Shown in pieces: positions 36,243 to 48,359 of a stretch of 64,000 bases of DNA. The position numbers and the translations under genes are program-made. The DNA comes from Burkholderiales bacterium (GTDB lineage Bacteria; Pseudomonadota; Gammaproteobacteria; Burkholderiales; SG8-39). The notes beneath the pieces were generated by a model, which searched no databases, was not told the DNA's origin, and was given only the letters and a program-made list of their open reading frames with translations. Position 1 is the stretch's first letter. Every line of letters begins with the position of its first letter. Location: the NCBI GenBank assembly GCA_014860355.1, contig JACZJV010000062.1:759-64758 (forward strand). The letters are read 5' to 3'.

Positions 36243-37826
36243 ATGAGTTTCATGATACCTATGCACCGCATCGAAGCGTACCTGCCGGGGGCCATATTGG
36301 TCGCAGCGCTGCTGGTCAGCGGCTGCGCCAGTCTTCCGCTTGAGGTCGAGCGCAGCGAGTCGCACGCGTTGCGCGACACCGAATCGACCCGGCTGGGCGA
36401 GGCAAGCCAGGCCGCGCGCAAGGCGCACCCCGGAGAGAGCGGTTTTCGCCCGCTGCCGAACGGGGTCGAGGCGCTGCTCGCGCGCATCGTGCTGGCCGAG
36501 GCGGCCGAGCGCTCGCTAGACGTGCAGTACTACATCTGGCATGACGATCTGAGCGGGCGCCACTTCGCCCATGCGCTGTTGCGCGCGGCCGACCGCGGCG
36601 TGCGCGTGCGCATCCTGATCGACGATGTCGGCGCGCGGGCGAACGACGAGGTGCTGCTGGCGCTCGATGCACACGCCAATATCGAGATCCGGCTTTTCAA
36701 CCCGGTCGCCGCGCGCACTTTCCGCGGGCTGGGCATGCTCGCCGATTTTTCGCGCGTCAACCGGCGCATGCACAACAAGGCCCTCGTCGCCGACAATCAG
36801 GCTGCCATACTGGGCGGGCGCAACATCGGCGACGAATATTTCGGGGCCCACGGCGAGGTCGCTTTCGGCGACCTGGACGTGCTCACGCTCGGTGCCGGTG
36901 TCGACAAGGTGTCGGAATCGTTCGATCGCTACTGGAGCGCGCCATTGACGATCCCCGTGCGCGCGCTGCTCGGCCGCAGCGGCCTCGCCGTGAGCCTGGA
37001 TACGCTGCGCGCCGCGCTCGCCGCTTTCGTCGAAGCGCAGCGCGACAGCCCCTACGTCGCGCAGGCAAGAGCCCGGCTGGCGGAGCAACTGGTGGCGGGG
37101 ACAGGCGGCTACTACTGGGGAAAAGCGCATCTGCTCTATGACGACCCGGGCAAGATCGAGCGTGCGCCTGCGGATACCGAGGGGCATTTGCTGCCCCAGT
37201 TCGCCGGGCTGGGCTTGCGCAGCGAAACCGAACTATTGATCGTTTCGCCCTATTTCATTCCCGGCGACGCGGGCGTGGCCTGGCTGCGCGGGCTGGTAGC
37301 GCGCGGCGTGCGCGTTACCGTGCTGACCAATTCTCTCGCTGCGACCGACGTCGGCGCAGTGCATTCGGGCTATCAGCGCTACCGCTTGCCTTTGCTCGAA
37401 GCCGGTGTAGTACTCTATGAACTCAGGCCCGACATGATCGAACGCGCGAGCGCCAGACCCCGGACCAGCGGCGTCGGCAGTTCGCGCGCCTCGCTGCACG
37501 CCAAGACCTTCGTGTTCGACCGGCGCGCGGTATTCATCGGTTCGCTCAACCTCGATCCGCGTTCGGTAGAACTCAATACGGAAATCGGCCTCGTGTGCGA
37601 GAGTGCGCCTCTGGCCGAGGCCCTGGCCACAGCGCTGGAGCGGGAACTCGACAACATCGCCTGGCGTCTGGAGCGCAGCGCCGATGCTGCCGGCAGCGCG
37701 CGCATTGCCTGGGTGGAGAAAAGCGCCGCAGGCGTGCGCCGGCATACGGAAGAACCCGGGGTCAGTGCCTGGCGCAAGCTCTCGGTGTGGTTCCTCGGCT
37801 TGCTGCCGATCGAATCCCAGCTCTAG
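36243..37826 (+). CDS. phospholipase D-family lipoprotein with two HKD motifs (ClsC-like)
   Basis: Lipobox LLVSGC near the N-terminus. HKD motifs MHNKALVADN and LHAKTFVFDR. Confidence 0.85.
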   Translation: MSFMIPMHRIEAYLPGAILVAALLVSGCASLPLEVERSESHALRDTESTRLGEASQAARKAHPGESGFRPLPNGVEALLARIVLAEAAERSLDVQYYIWHDDLSGRHFAHALLRAADRGVRVRILIDDVGARANDEVLLALDAHANIEIRLFNPVAARTFRGLGMLADFSRVNRRMHNKALVADNQAAILGGRNIGDEYFGAHGEVAFGDLDVLTLGAGVDKVSESFDRYWSAPLTIPVRALLGRSGLAVSLDTLRAALAAFVEAQRDSPYVAQARARLAEQLVAGTGGYYWGKAHLLYDDPGKIERAPADTEGHLLPQFAGLGLRSETELLIVSPYFIPGDAGVAWLRGLVARGVRVTVLTNSLAATDVGAVHSGYQRYRLPLLEAGVVLYELRPDMIERASARPRTSGVGSSRASLHAKTFVFDRRAVFIGSLNLDPRSVELNTEIGLVCESAPLAEALATALERELDNIAWRLERSADAAGSARIAWVEKSAAGVRRHTEEPGVSAWRKLSVWFLGLLPIESQL

Positions 37827-37918
37827 CGCCGGGATTTCCGACAGCTGACCGCAGACCCATCGATGCGCCTCCGGCTGCACCTGCGATACGCCAGCGCGCC
37901 GAGCGTCCCGGCGCCGGC

Positions 37919-39292
37919 ATGAGAACATCGGGCACCGACGCCGACGGCCTGCCGCTGCCGCAGCGCTACTGGGCGATCGCCACCGTGGCGCTGGGCATCA
38001 CGATGGCGGTGCTAGACAGCTCCATCGCAAACGTGGCGCTGCCGACCATCGCCAGGGATTTGAACGCCGCCCCGGCCGATTCCATCTGGGTGGTCAATGC
38101 CTATCAGCTGGTCATCACCATCCTCATGCTGCCGCTCGCCTCGCTCGGTGAGATAGTCGGCTATCGCCGCGTCTACCGCGTCGGGCTAGTCGTGTTCACC
38201 CTGGCCTCGCTAGGCTGCGCCTTGTCCGATTCACTCGTCATGCTGAGCGCGGCGCGGGTGTTGCAGGGCGTGGGCGCGGCGGGCATGCTGAGCGTCAACG
38301 GCGCACTCGTGCGCTACATATACCCGCCCGGCCTGCTCGGCCGCGGTATCGGCATCAACGCACTGGTCGTCGCGGTCTCGGCGGCGCTAGGCCCGACCGT
38401 CGCCGCCGGCATTCTGTCGATCGCCTCCTGGCCCTGGCTGTTCGCGGTCAACGTTCCCATTGCCATCGCCACCCTGTTCGCGGCGCGCAAACTGCCGCGC
38501 ACGCCGCGCTCCAGCCGGCGCTTCGACTGGTCCAGCGCGCTGCTGAACGCGCTTTTTTTCGGCCTGCTGATCATCGCAGTCGATTACTTCGGCCACGGGG
38601 GACGTCCGCTTTACGCCCTGCTCGCCGTCGCTGGCGCCGCGCTTGCGGGCGTGGCGCTGGTGCTGCGCCAGCTGCCGCAGACCTCTCCGCTGCTCCCGGT
38701 CGATCTGCTGCGCATCCCGATGTTCGCGCTGTCGATTGCGACGTCGATCTGCTCCTTTACGGCGCAGATGCTGGCCTACGTTTCGATCCCCTTCTATTTC
38801 CAGCACCTGCTCGGCCGCACGGACGTGGAGACCGGACTGCTGATGACGCCCTGGCCGCTGGCGGCGGCAGTGGTGGCGCCCATAGCCGGAAGGCTGGCAG
38901 ACCGGCACCCGGCCGGCATACTCGGCGCACTCGGCCTCGTCCTTTTCGCCGCGGGCCTGGGAATGCTCGCGCTGCTGCCGGCGGCGCCCAGCGACGCCGA
39001 CATCATCTGGCGCATGGCGCTATGCGGTGCCGGATTCGGCCTGTTCCAGTCCCCCAACAACCGCGTGATCATGACTTCCGCGCCGCGCGAGCGCAGCGGC
39101 GGAGCGAGCGGCATGCTGGGCACGGCGCGGCTGCTCGGCCAGACCACAGGTGCCGCATTGGTGGCGCTGATGTTCAGCCTGTTCGGCGAGCGCGCGAACG
39201 TCTGGGCGCTGGGCCTGGCGGCCGGCATCGCGCTCCTGGCTGCGGCGGTGAGCAGTTCGCGGCTGGTCAAATCCTCCCGTGGCAAGGGTTAA
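37919..39292 (+). CDS. MFS drug/H+ antiporter-type transporter (DHA2/EmrB-like, 14-TM)
   Basis: ATG 37919. N-terminus ...WAIATVALGITMAVLDSSIANVALPTIARDL is typical of the DHA2 family; hydrophobic throughout. Confidence 0.85.
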   Translation: MRTSGTDADGLPLPQRYWAIATVALGITMAVLDSSIANVALPTIARDLNAAPADSIWVVNAYQLVITILMLPLASLGEIVGYRRVYRVGLVVFTLASLGCALSDSLVMLSAARVLQGVGAAGMLSVNGALVRYIYPPGLLGRGIGINALVVAVSAALGPTVAAGILSIASWPWLFAVNVPIAIATLFAARKLPRTPRSSRRFDWSSALLNALFFGLLIIAVDYFGHGGRPLYALLAVAGAALAGVALVLRQLPQTSPLLPVDLLRIPMFALSIATSICSFTAQMLAYVSIPFYFQHLLGRTDVETGLLMTPWPLAAAVVAPIAGRLADRHPAGILGALGLVLFAAGLGMLALLPAAPSDADIIWRMALCGAGFGLFQSPNNRVIMTSAPRERSGGASGMLGTARLLGQTTGAALVALMFSLFGERANVWALGLAAGIALLAAAVSSSRLVKSSRGKG

Positions 39293-39339
39293 GGAACCAG
39301 CGTCCCAGGTCTAGGCACAGCCTCGACGGCCCGCGCGTT

Positions 39340-40920
39340 TTATTCCCACTCTATGGTCGCAGGCGGCTTGCCGCAGATGTCGTAGACCACGCGGTTGATG
39401 CCGCGCACCTCGTTGATGATGCGGTTCGACACCTTACCCAGCAGTTCGTGCGGCAGGTGCGCCCAATGGGCAGTCATGAAGTCCTGCGTCTGCACCGCGC
39501 GCAGCGCCACCACGTATTCGTAGGTGCGCCCGTCGCCCATCACGCCCACCGCCTTCACCGGCAGGAACACGGCGAACGCCTGCGAGGTGGCGTCGTACCA
39601 GCTGCGTCCCTCGCCGTCGCGCGCCGCACGCAGTTCCTCGATGAATATGGCATCGGCGCGGCGCAGCAGATCGGCATACTCGTGCTTCACCTCGCCGAGG
39701 ATGCGCACGCCCAGCCCGGGTCCGGGGAAAGGGTGGCGGTAGACCATGTCGTGGGGCAGGCCGAGGGCGATCCCGAGTTCGCGCACCTCGTCCTTGAACA
39801 ATTCGCGCAGCGGCTCGAGCAGCTTCAGGTGCAGGGTGTCGGGCAAACCGCCGACGTTGTGGTGCGACTTGATGTTAGTCGCCTTTTTGGTCTTGGCCCC
39901 GGCGGACTCGATCACATCGGGATAAATGGTGCCCTGCGCCAGCCATTTGGCGTTCCTGATTTTGGCCGCCTCGCGCTGGAACACTTCGACGAATTCGCGT
40001 CCGATGATCTTGCGCTTTTGCTCCGGATCGGCGACCCCGGCGAGCTTGCCCATGAACTGCGCGCTGTCGTCGATGTGGATCACCTTGACGCCCAGGCTCC
40101 TGGCGAAAGTCGCCATCACCTGCTCGGCCTCGTTCAGCCGCAGCAGTCCGTGGTCGACGAACACGCAGGTGAGCTTCGCGCCGATGGCGCGGTGGATCAG
40201 GGCGGCGGCAACGGAGGAATCGACTCCGCCCGAAAGCCCGAGGATCACTTCGTCCGTGCCCACCTGCTCGCGTATGCGTGCGATCGCCTCGGACACGTAA
40301 TCGGGCATGTTCCAGTCGCCTGCGCAGCCGCAGATATCGTTGACGAAGCGCCTGAGTATGGCCGTTCCCTGCAGCGTGTGCGTGACCTCGGGATGGAACT
40401 GCACCGCGTAGTAGCCGCGCGCCTCGTCCGCCATCGCCGCGATCGGGCAGGAATCGGTGGAAGCCATGAGCTTGAAGCCGGCGGGCATTTGCGTGACTTT
40501 GTCGCCGTGGCTCATCCATACCTTGAGCATACCGTGGCCCTCGGGGGTGCGGAAATCCTCGATGCCCTCGAACAGGCGGGTGTGGCCGCGCGCGCGCACC
40601 TCGGCGTAGCCGAATTCGCGCACCTTGCCCGCCTCGACCTTGCCGCCCAGCTGCCCGGCCATGGTCTGCATGCCGTAGCAGATGCCCAGCACCGGCACGC
40701 CCAGATCGAATACCGCCTGGGGGGCGCGCGCGCTGGCGTCCTCGTTCACCGACAGGTGGCTGCCGGACAGGATCACGCCCCTGGCGCCGAAATCGCGCAC
40801 GAACTGCGCGCTGACGTCATAGGGATGGATTTCGCAATAGACGCGCGCTTCGCGCACGCGCCGCGCAATCAATTGCGTGTACTGGGCGCCGAAATCGAGG
40901 ATGAGGATTTTCTGATGCAT
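39340..40920 (-). CDS. guaA: GMP synthase (glutamine-hydrolysing)
   Basis: 526 aa. GATase (ILGICYGMQ) and ATP-PPase SGGVDSSV motifs. C-terminus KPPATIEWE. Confidence 0.97.
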   Translation of the reverse strand: MHQKILILDFGAQYTQLIARRVREARVYCEIHPYDVSAQFVRDFGARGVILSGSHLSVNEDASARAPQAVFDLGVPVLGICYGMQTMAGQLGGKVEAGKVREFGYAEVRARGHTRLFEGIEDFRTPEGHGMLKVWMSHGDKVTQMPAGFKLMASTDSCPIAAMADEARGYYAVQFHPEVTHTLQGTAILRRFVNDICGCAGDWNMPDYVSEAIARIREQVGTDEVILGLSGGVDSSVAAALIHRAIGAKLTCVFVDHGLLRLNEAEQVMATFARSLGVKVIHIDDSAQFMGKLAGVADPEQKRKIIGREFVEVFQREAAKIRNAKWLAQGTIYPDVIESAGAKTKKATNIKSHHNVGGLPDTLHLKLLEPLRELFKDEVRELGIALGLPHDMVYRHPFPGPGLGVRILGEVKHEYADLLRRADAIFIEELRAARDGEGRSWYDATSQAFAVFLPVKAVGVMGDGRTYEYVVALRAVQTQDFMTAHWAHLPHELLGKVSNRIINEVRGINRVVYDICGKPPATIEWE

Positions 40921-41009
40921 GCTCGGGCTTTCAATAACGGAAGGGCCGGGCGCGCCGCAGGCGGCACGACCGGCCCCGGGTCATGGGATCGGGTGGCGAT
41001 TGGGCAAGA

Positions 41010-42470
<1,461 letters not shown>

Positions 42471-42634
42471 ATGCAAAACTCCTGGCCGCAAAGCCGCATT
42501 ATACGCGCCTGTCGCTGGTCGGCAAACAAGCTGCGACTGAAACCGAATGCCGGGTCGGCGCGTTAAGTCATTTGACGGGGCGGCGAAAAGCCGCTACTTT
42601 TTGGCTGCTTGGTTTAAATGGAAGGTATCCCCGC

Positions 42635-43126
42635 ATGAATCGACTTTCGGTGGCAATCTGGCTGGTGCTGTGCGTGGCGCTGCCCGCATCCGCCCAGATG
42701 TACAAGTGGGTGGATTCGAACGGGAAGGTGCATTATTCGGACAAGGCCCCGCCGGGCAACGTCAAATCCGAAACGCTGCGCGAGGCAGCCCGCCCCCCCG
42801 GCCCGCCTGCGACCGGCGTAGCCAAGGAGGATGCGAACAAGGACGCGGCCAAGGCCGGGCCCAAAACGACGGCGGAGCAGGATCAGGCGTTTCGCAAGCG
42901 CCAGGCGGAAGAGGCCAAAGCGCGGGAGAAGCAGGACGAGGCAGAGAAGATCGCCCGCGACCGGGCCGAGAACTGCAAGCGCGCAAGGGCGGCGGCGGCC
43001 AATCTGGAATTGGGCGGGCGCCAGCTCCGTGTCGACGAAAAAGGCGAGCGCGTATACCTCACGGATGCGCAAATCGCCGAGGAAACCGCCAAGGCGAAGC
43101 AGGAAGCAGCGGCCGCCTGCAAGTAG
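42635..43126 (+). CDS. DUF4124-domain periplasmic protein
   Basis: Signal peptide then MYKWVDSNGKVHYSDKAPPG (DUF4124 signature), followed by a Lys/Glu/Ala-rich tail. Confidence 0.75.
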   Translation: MNRLSVAIWLVLCVALPASAQMYKWVDSNGKVHYSDKAPPGNVKSETLREAARPPGPPATGVAKEDANKDAAKAGPKTTAEQDQAFRKRQAEEAKAREKQDEAEKIARDRAENCKRARAAAANLELGGRQLRVDEKGERVYLTDAQIAEETAKAKQEAAAACK

Positions 43127-43129
43127 GGA

Positions 43130-43399
43130 CTATTTGCGCGATTTTGCCGCACGCTCGCGCCGGGCTTTCTTCGGATCGTCAAGCAAGGGTCGATAGAGTT
43201 CCACGCGGTCCCGGTCGTGCAGCCTGGTTTCCGGGCTTGCCGGCCTACCCCATATCCCGGCGCGGCTGAACTCGATCTGCGGCTCACGCCGGAGCAAACC
43301 GCTGGCCTCGATCGCGTCCAGCACCGTGCTGCCGGGGGCGAGTTCGAGCTCCAACAGTTCCTGCTTCTGCGCCAGCGCGTAGGCCACTTCGATGCGCAT
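43130..43399 (-). CDS. rnfH: RnfH-family ubiquitin-fold protein
   Basis: 89 aa, MRIEVAYALAQKQ...DRDRVELYRPLLDDPKKARRERA. Follows ratA as in E. coli yfjG-yfjF. Confidence 0.85.
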   Translation of the reverse strand: MRIEVAYALAQKQELLELELAPGSTVLDAIEASGLLRREPQIEFSRAGIWGRPASPETRLHDRDRVELYRPLLDDPKKARRERAAKSRK

Positions 43400-43401
43400 G
43401 C

Positions 43402-43839
43402 CTAAGCCGCACCGTACAGTGCTGCTGCCCGCTTGACGAAGACTTCGACCAGGGTATTGGCGATGTGATTGAACACCGGTCCGGCAATCTTCTCCACCAG
43501 CTTGCCGGAGAGTTCATAGCTCAAGCGGAATTCGACTTTGCACGCCTGCTCCGATAGCGGAACGAAGCGCCAGAACCCGTCCAGGTGCTTGAACGGGCCG
43601 TTCATCAGCTTCATGTCGATCAGCGCGCCCTCGTCCATCTGATTCTCGGTGGTGAAGTGCAGGCGCAGGCCGTGATAGTTGACATGCAGTGTCGCCGCAG
43701 CCCGATGCGGGTCCAGTCGTTTCACCTCGGTGCCGCTGCACCAGGGCAGAAACTGCGGATACGCGTCTACGTCCGCCACCATCGCGTACATTTCGGCCGC
43801 GCTATGGCTTATCAGTACCGATTTTTCGACTATGGCCAT
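43402..43839 (-). CDS. ratA: SRPBCC-fold RatA/COQ10-like protein
   Basis: MAIVEKSVLISHSAAEMYAMVADVDAYPQFLPWC aligns with the E. coli RatA N-terminus. Divergent from smpB. Confidence 0.85.
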   Translation of the reverse strand: MAIVEKSVLISHSAAEMYAMVADVDAYPQFLPWCSGTEVKRLDPHRAAATLHVNYHGLRLHFTTENQMDEGALIDMKLMNGPFKHLDGFWRFVPLSEQACKVEFRLSYELSGKLVEKIAGPVFNHIANTLVEVFVKRAAALYGAA

Positions 43840-44056
43840 GAAGGCGCGACGCAACTGTTAAAATTGCCTAAACTCGGCAAGCCGGAACTAGGCAAAGTGC
43901 CTCCGGCGAAGGAAAAACCCTAATCCCACGAACAAGGGGGGTGCACCCCCCCCTTGTAAATCCCCCCGCGGATGCATGCTTGCCGTTAATTGAGATCTTC
44001 GCCATTCCCGCCAGCTCTCGACCGATAAGAGACCAATTGTACCAACACAAGCTTCC

Positions 44057-44509
44057 ATGAAGATCGCACAGAACAAAAAAGCCTTCCACGATTACTTCAT
44101 CGAGGAGCGTTATGAAGCCGGTCTGGTGCTCCAGGGTTGGGAAGCCAAGGCCATCCGCGCCGGACGGGTGCAGCTCAAGGACGCCTATGTGCTCATCCGT
44201 GGAGCCGAAATCTACATGGTCGGCGGCCATATCAGCGCGCTGCCTACGGCGTCCACCCATATCAATCCTGATCCGGTGCGCACGCGCAAGCTGCTGCTCC
44301 ATGCCGGGGAAATCCAGCACCTGATCGGCAAGGTCGAACGCGCCGGCTACACCCTGGTGCCGCTGGATATGCACTACAAGAACGGCAGAATCAAGATCGA
44401 CATCGGCCTTGCCCGCGGCAAGAAGCAGCACGACAAGCGCGAGACCGAGAAGAAGCGCGACTGGGATCGCGAGAAACAGCGCTTGATGCGGTCACACAGC
44501 AAGAGCTAG
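44057..44509 (+). CDS. smpB: SsrA-binding protein
   Basis: [27 protein letters not shown]... canonical SmpB sequence; 150 aa. Confidence 0.96.
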   Translation: MKIAQNKKAFHDYFIEERYEAGLVLQGWEAKAIRAGRVQLKDAYVLIRGAEIYMVGGHISALPTASTHINPDPVRTRKLLLHAGEIQHLIGKVERAGYTLVPLDMHYKNGRIKIDIGLARGKKQHDKRETEKKRDWDREKQRLMRSHSKS

Positions 44510-44603
44510 CGCTGCGTGCGCACTCGCAGGGAACGCAGCCGCGACGCGCGTCGTAGGCGCGGGCGTTTAAGCGGCTCGCAGTGGATTTTCGCGCGGGCGG
44601 TAC

Positions 44604-45395
44604 TCAAATTCGCTGGCGCACCTGCTCGAACAGGCAAATCGCCGCCGCAGCCGCGACATTCAAGGATTCCGCGCCGCCGGGCATGGGTATGCGCAATTGC
44701 TCGGCCGCTGCAGCACTCAGCGCAGCGCTCAAGCCCGCGCCTTCGTTGCCGAACGCCCAGGCCAGCGGGCCGCGCAGGTCGGCCTGATATATGGATTTTT
44801 CTGCGTGGCTGCTGGCGCAGATCAGCCGCCCCGACAGCCTGCCCAAGGAGGCATGCAGATTGACGTTGTCGTATATCTCCAGGCTGAAGTGCGCGCCCAT
44901 TCCGGCGCGCAGCACCTTGGGCGACCAGGCGAAGGCGCAGCCATGGGAGAGCAGGACGGTGGAGACGCCCGCTGCCGCCGTGCTACGCAGTATGGACCCG
45001 AGATTGCCCGCGTCCTGTATGCTTTCCAGCATCACGCAGTGTTCGATCCTGTCCGGCAACGGACCTGGCTGTGGGGTGCGTATCAGCGCAACGATTCCGG
45101 TCGGCGTCGCGACTTGGGCGACCTCGTTGAACAGCGCATCGGCGAGCACCAGCAGCGCCTGCCCGGCAATGCCTCGGGCGAGCGCGGCAGCCTGCGCGTC
45201 GGACGCGCCGCTTTCGCTCAGTATCAGCTGCTCGGGCACGCCGCCACTGGCGCGATAGGCAGCGATCAAGTGCAATCCGTCGAGCAGCGCCAGACCAGCC
45301 TTGCGCCGTTCGCGCGTGGAAGTGGCGAGCTGGCGCAGCAATTTGAAGCGCGGATTGTCGCGCGAGCGTATCAGCTTCAGGTCAGGATCGAGCAT
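44604..45395 (-). CDS. TrmH/SpoU-family RNA 2'-O-methyltransferase
   Basis: ATG 45395. SpoU motifs (QDAGNLGSILRS, AFGNEGAGLS, IPMPGGAESLNVAAAAAI). Confidence 0.85.
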   Translation of the reverse strand: MLDPDLKLIRSRDNPRFKLLRQLATSTRERRKAGLALLDGLHLIAAYRASGGVPEQLILSESGASDAQAAALARGIAGQALLVLADALFNEVAQVATPTGIVALIRTPQPGPLPDRIEHCVMLESIQDAGNLGSILRSTAAAGVSTVLLSHGCAFAWSPKVLRAGMGAHFSLEIYDNVNLHASLGRLSGRLICASSHAEKSIYQADLRGPLAWAFGNEGAGLSAALSAAAAEQLRIPMPGGAESLNVAAAAAICLFEQVRQRI

Positions 45396-45420
45396 GCGCT
45401 GAACCCGGCGGAAGTAGTGC

Positions 45421-45987
45421 TCAGCCCTGAAGCAGCTTGCGTATCGGCGCGTAGCTGCGCCGGTGGATCTCGCACGCGCCGTGCTGCGCCAGGGCGGCGA
45501 GATGCGAGGTCGTAGGATAGCCCTTGTGACGATCGAGTCCATAACACGGATAGAGCAGGTGCAGACGCATCATTTCGGCGTCGCGCGCGGTCTTGGCCAG
45601 TATCGATGCGGCGGAAATCGCCGGGATCTTGCCATCGCCCCTGATGACGGCCTTGACCGGATATCCGATCCTGGGGCAATGATTGCCGTCGACCAGCACT
45701 TCGGCCGGCGCCACACCCAACTGCTCAACCGCGCGGCGCATGGCGAGCAGGCTCGCCTGCAGGATATTGAGTGCGTCGATTTCGGCCACGCTAGCCCACG
45801 CAATCGCCCACGCCAGCGCGCGCCCGCGTATTTGCCCGGCAACTTCCTCCCGCCGCGACGCGCTCAGCATTTTGGAATCTGCCAGACCGGCGATGTGCGC
45901 GCCGGGGTCGAGGATCACCGCTGCCGCGCAGACCGGTCCGGCGAGCGGCCCCCGCCCCGCTTCGTCCACGCCGCATACGAGATTCAT
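45421..45987 (-). CDS. rnhB: ribonuclease HII
   Basis: [19 protein letters not shown] start and DSKML motif; 188 aa. ATGA overlap with the lpxB stop. Confidence 0.95.
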   Translation of the reverse strand: MNLVCGVDEAGRGPLAGPVCAAAVILDPGAHIAGLADSKMLSASRREEVAGQIRGRALAWAIAWASVAEIDALNILQASLLAMRRAVEQLGVAPAEVLVDGNHCPRIGYPVKAVIRGDGKIPAISAASILAKTARDAEMMRLHLLYPCYGLDRHKGYPTTSHLAALAQHGACEIHRRSYAPIRKLLQG

Positions 45988-47153
45988 GCGGGTTGCGCAC
46001 TCGTGCGCCCGAGCAGCGGCAGCACCGCCCTGGCAGCCTGCTCCGCGGTATTGCGCTTGAGCTCGCGGTGGATGGCGGCAAAGCGCTGCGACAGACGCGC
46101 GCGCACCACACCGTCGTTGAGCGCATTGAACAAGGCCTGCGCCAGGTTTTCCGCAGTGGCGTCGTGCTGCAGCAGCTCGGGTACGACAAACTCGCCGGCC
46201 AGGATATTGGGCAGGCCGACGTAGGGCTTGTAAGCCATGCGCCGCATCAGCAGCCAGCTCGCCCCGGCCATCTTGTAGGTGATCACCATGGGTTTTTTCA
46301 GCAGCGCCGCCTCCAGCGTGGCGGTGCCGCTGGCCACCAGTGCGACATCGGCCGCTGCAAGCGCGTCCCGGGCATGTCCGAACAATATCGTCAGAGGCAG
46401 TTCGCCTGCGCCGCCCCGATATATGGCGGCTTCGAAGATCTCGCGCGTTTCGCGGCTGACCAGTGGAACGAGAAACAGCGGCCGCTCCACTTTCTGCACC
46501 AGAAGCTTGGCCGTGGCGATGAACGTGTCCGCCATGTAGCGCAATTCGGACTGCCGGCTGCCAGGCAACAGGGCGAACACTTTGCGTTCGGGCTCGATCT
46601 TGAGCCGCTCGCGCGTAGCGGCAGTCTGGTCCTCCTGCGGAATCAGGTCGGCGAGCGGATGACCGACGTAGCTGGCGGCTATGCCCGCCTTGCGATATAT
46701 CTCGGATTCGAACGGAAACAGGGTCAGCACGAGATCGACGCAATGCGCAATTGCGCCGATGCGGCCGCCGCGCCAGGCCCAGATCGAGGGGCTGACGTAG
46801 TGCACCACCCGCACCCCGGCACGCTTGAGTCCGGCCTCCAGGCCCAGGTTGAAATCCGGCGCGTCTACGCCGATGAATAACTGCGGCCTCACCTTGAGCA
46901 GCGCCAGTTTCAGCTTGTGTCGCATCCATACCAGGCCGGCATAATGCCGCAGCACCTCGGCGTAGCCGCGCACCGCAAGGCGTTCCATCGGAAACAGGCT
47001 GGTCAATCCCTGGGTTTGCATTCTCGGGCCGCCGATGCCGACAAAGCCGGCATCGGGCAAGTGCGCGCGCAAGGCCGCGATCAGGTGCGCCCCCAGCAGA
47101 TCGCCCGAGGCCTCCCCGGCCACGATGCCAATGATGAGCGGCCCTTGCCTCAC
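45984..47153 (-). CDS. lpxB: lipid-A-disaccharide synthase
   Basis: 389 aa, [17 protein letters not shown] start region. Position after lpxA. Confidence 0.95.
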   Translation of the reverse strand: MRQGPLIIGIVAGEASGDLLGAHLIAALRAHLPDAGFVGIGGPRMQTQGLTSLFPMERLAVRGYAEVLRHYAGLVWMRHKLKLALLKVRPQLFIGVDAPDFNLGLEAGLKRAGVRVVHYVSPSIWAWRGGRIGAIAHCVDLVLTLFPFESEIYRKAGIAASYVGHPLADLIPQEDQTAATRERLKIEPERKVFALLPGSRQSELRYMADTFIATAKLLVQKVERPLFLVPLVSRETREIFEAAIYRGGAGELPLTILFGHARDALAAADVALVASGTATLEAALLKKPMVITYKMAGASWLLMRRMAYKPYVGLPNILAGEFVVPELLQHDATAENLAQALFNALNDGVVRARLSQRFAAIHRELKRNTAEQAARAVLPLLGRTSAQPA

Positions 47154-47154
47154 G

Positions 47155-47925
47155 TCAGCGCACGATCCCGCGGGTCGAGGTCTGCAGAAAATCGCTGAGC
47201 AGGCGGATTTCAGCGCAGCTGCCGGCGTGCTCGGCCAGCTGCCTCCTGGCCTGGTCCAGCGTCAGGCTGCTCTTGTACAGGGTCTTGTAGGCGCGTTTGA
47301 TCTCGGTGAGCGCCGCGGCGGAGTAGCCACGCCGGCGCAGGCCTTCGGAATTGATGCCATATGGTTTGGCCGTATCCCCAGCGGCCATTACGTAAGGAGG
47401 CAGGTCGTGTACCAGCACCGTAGCGATGGCGGTGAAGCTGTGGGCGCCGATGCGCACGAACTGGTGCACGCCGGTGAAGCCGCCGAGGATGGCGTAATCG
47501 CCGACATGCACGTGGCCGGCGAGCTGCGCGTTATTGGCGAAAATGGCATGGCTGCCGATCTGACAGTCGTGCGCAATGTGCACGTAAGCCATGATCCAGT
47601 TGTCGTTGCCCACGCGGGTGACGCCTGCATCCTGCGCGGTGCCGCAATTCAGGCTGCAGAACTCGCGTATGGTGTTGCCGTCGCCGATTTCCAGCCGCGT
47701 CGGTTCGCCCGCGTATTTCTTGTCCTGGGGTACGGCGCCCAGCGAAGAAAACTGAAAAACGCGATTGTCCCTGCCGATCCTGGTATGCCCTTCGACCACG
47801 ACGTGAGGACCGATCCGGGTATCGTTGCCGATCTCCACATGCTCGCCGATCAGGCTGTAGGCGCCGATAGTGACGTTGTCCCCGAGCCTAGCGCCGGGGT
47901 GAACGATGGCGCTCGGATGGATCAT
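47155..47925 (-). CDS. lpxA: acyl-ACP--UDP-N-acetylglucosamine O-acyltransferase
   Basis: [15 protein letters not shown] start and hexapeptide repeats. ATGA overlap with the fabZ stop. Confidence 0.95.
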   Translation of the reverse strand: MIHPSAIVHPGARLGDNVTIGAYSLIGEHVEIGNDTRIGPHVVVEGHTRIGRDNRVFQFSSLGAVPQDKKYAGEPTRLEIGDGNTIREFCSLNCGTAQDAGVTRVGNDNWIMAYVHIAHDCQIGSHAIFANNAQLAGHVHVGDYAILGGFTGVHQFVRIGAHSFTAIATVLVHDLPPYVMAAGDTAKPYGINSEGLRRRGYSAAALTEIKRAYKTLYKSSLTLDQARRQLAEHAGSCAEIRLLSDFLQTSTRGIVR

Positions 47926-48359
47926 CAGATCGGTCGCAGGGTGCAAAGCAGCTCGGCTTCCGCCACGAGCGCGTCCCCTACATAGGCCCTACCGGCGTAT
48001 TTGACCACGTTGCGTACGGTGCGCACGATGCTCACCTCGAGCACCAGCTGGTCCCCGGGCATGACCGGTTTCTTGAAGCGCGCCTTGTCGATGCCGGCAA
48101 AATAGTACACCGATTTGTCGTCGGGTTTGGTGCCCATGGTGCGAAACGACAGGATCGCCGCGGCCTGCGCCATGGCCTCGACGATGAGCACCCCCGGCAT
48201 GACCTTGAAGTACGGAAAATGGCCGTTGAAATAGGGCTCGTTGACGCTGACGTTTTTCAGCGCCCGAATGCGCTTGCCCAGCTCGCACTCGATGACGCGG
48301 TCGATAAGCAGGAACGGATAGCGATGCGGCAGGTATTCGAGGATTTCCTGGATGTTCAA
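47925..48359 (-). CDS. fabZ: 3-hydroxyacyl-ACP dehydratase FabZ
   Basis: TTG start at 48359 overlapping the lpxD stop (TTGA). (M)[21 protein letters not shown]...FNGHFP...PGVL. Confidence 0.93.
   Translation of the reverse strand: MNIQEILEYLPHRYPFLLIDRVIECELGKRIRALKNVSVNEPYFNGHFPYFKVMPGVLIVEAMAQAAAILSFRTMGTKPDDKSVYYFAGIDKARFKKPVMPGDQLVLEVSIVRTVRNVVKYAGRAYVGDALVAEAELLCTLRPI

Noticed and set aside
36243-37826. PLD/HKD protein as a nuclease-type phage-defence gene
   Set aside because: It has a lipoprotein signal (LLVSGC), two full HKD motifs and ClsC-like length, and no partner defence genes. It fits an envelope phospholipid enzyme better.
43130-43839. ratA-rnfH as a mobile toxin-antitoxin module
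   Set aside because: This is the universally conserved yfjG-yfjF pair divergent from smpB, as in E. coli. There are no mobility hallmarks, and the RatA fold is SRPBCC/COQ10-like.
45421-46929. 502-aa ORF spanning rnhB and most of lpxB
   Set aside because: Only the last 188 codons (from ATG 45987) encode RNase HII. The upstream part is an out-of-frame read-through of lpxB with Arg/Ala/Gly-rich nonsense composition.
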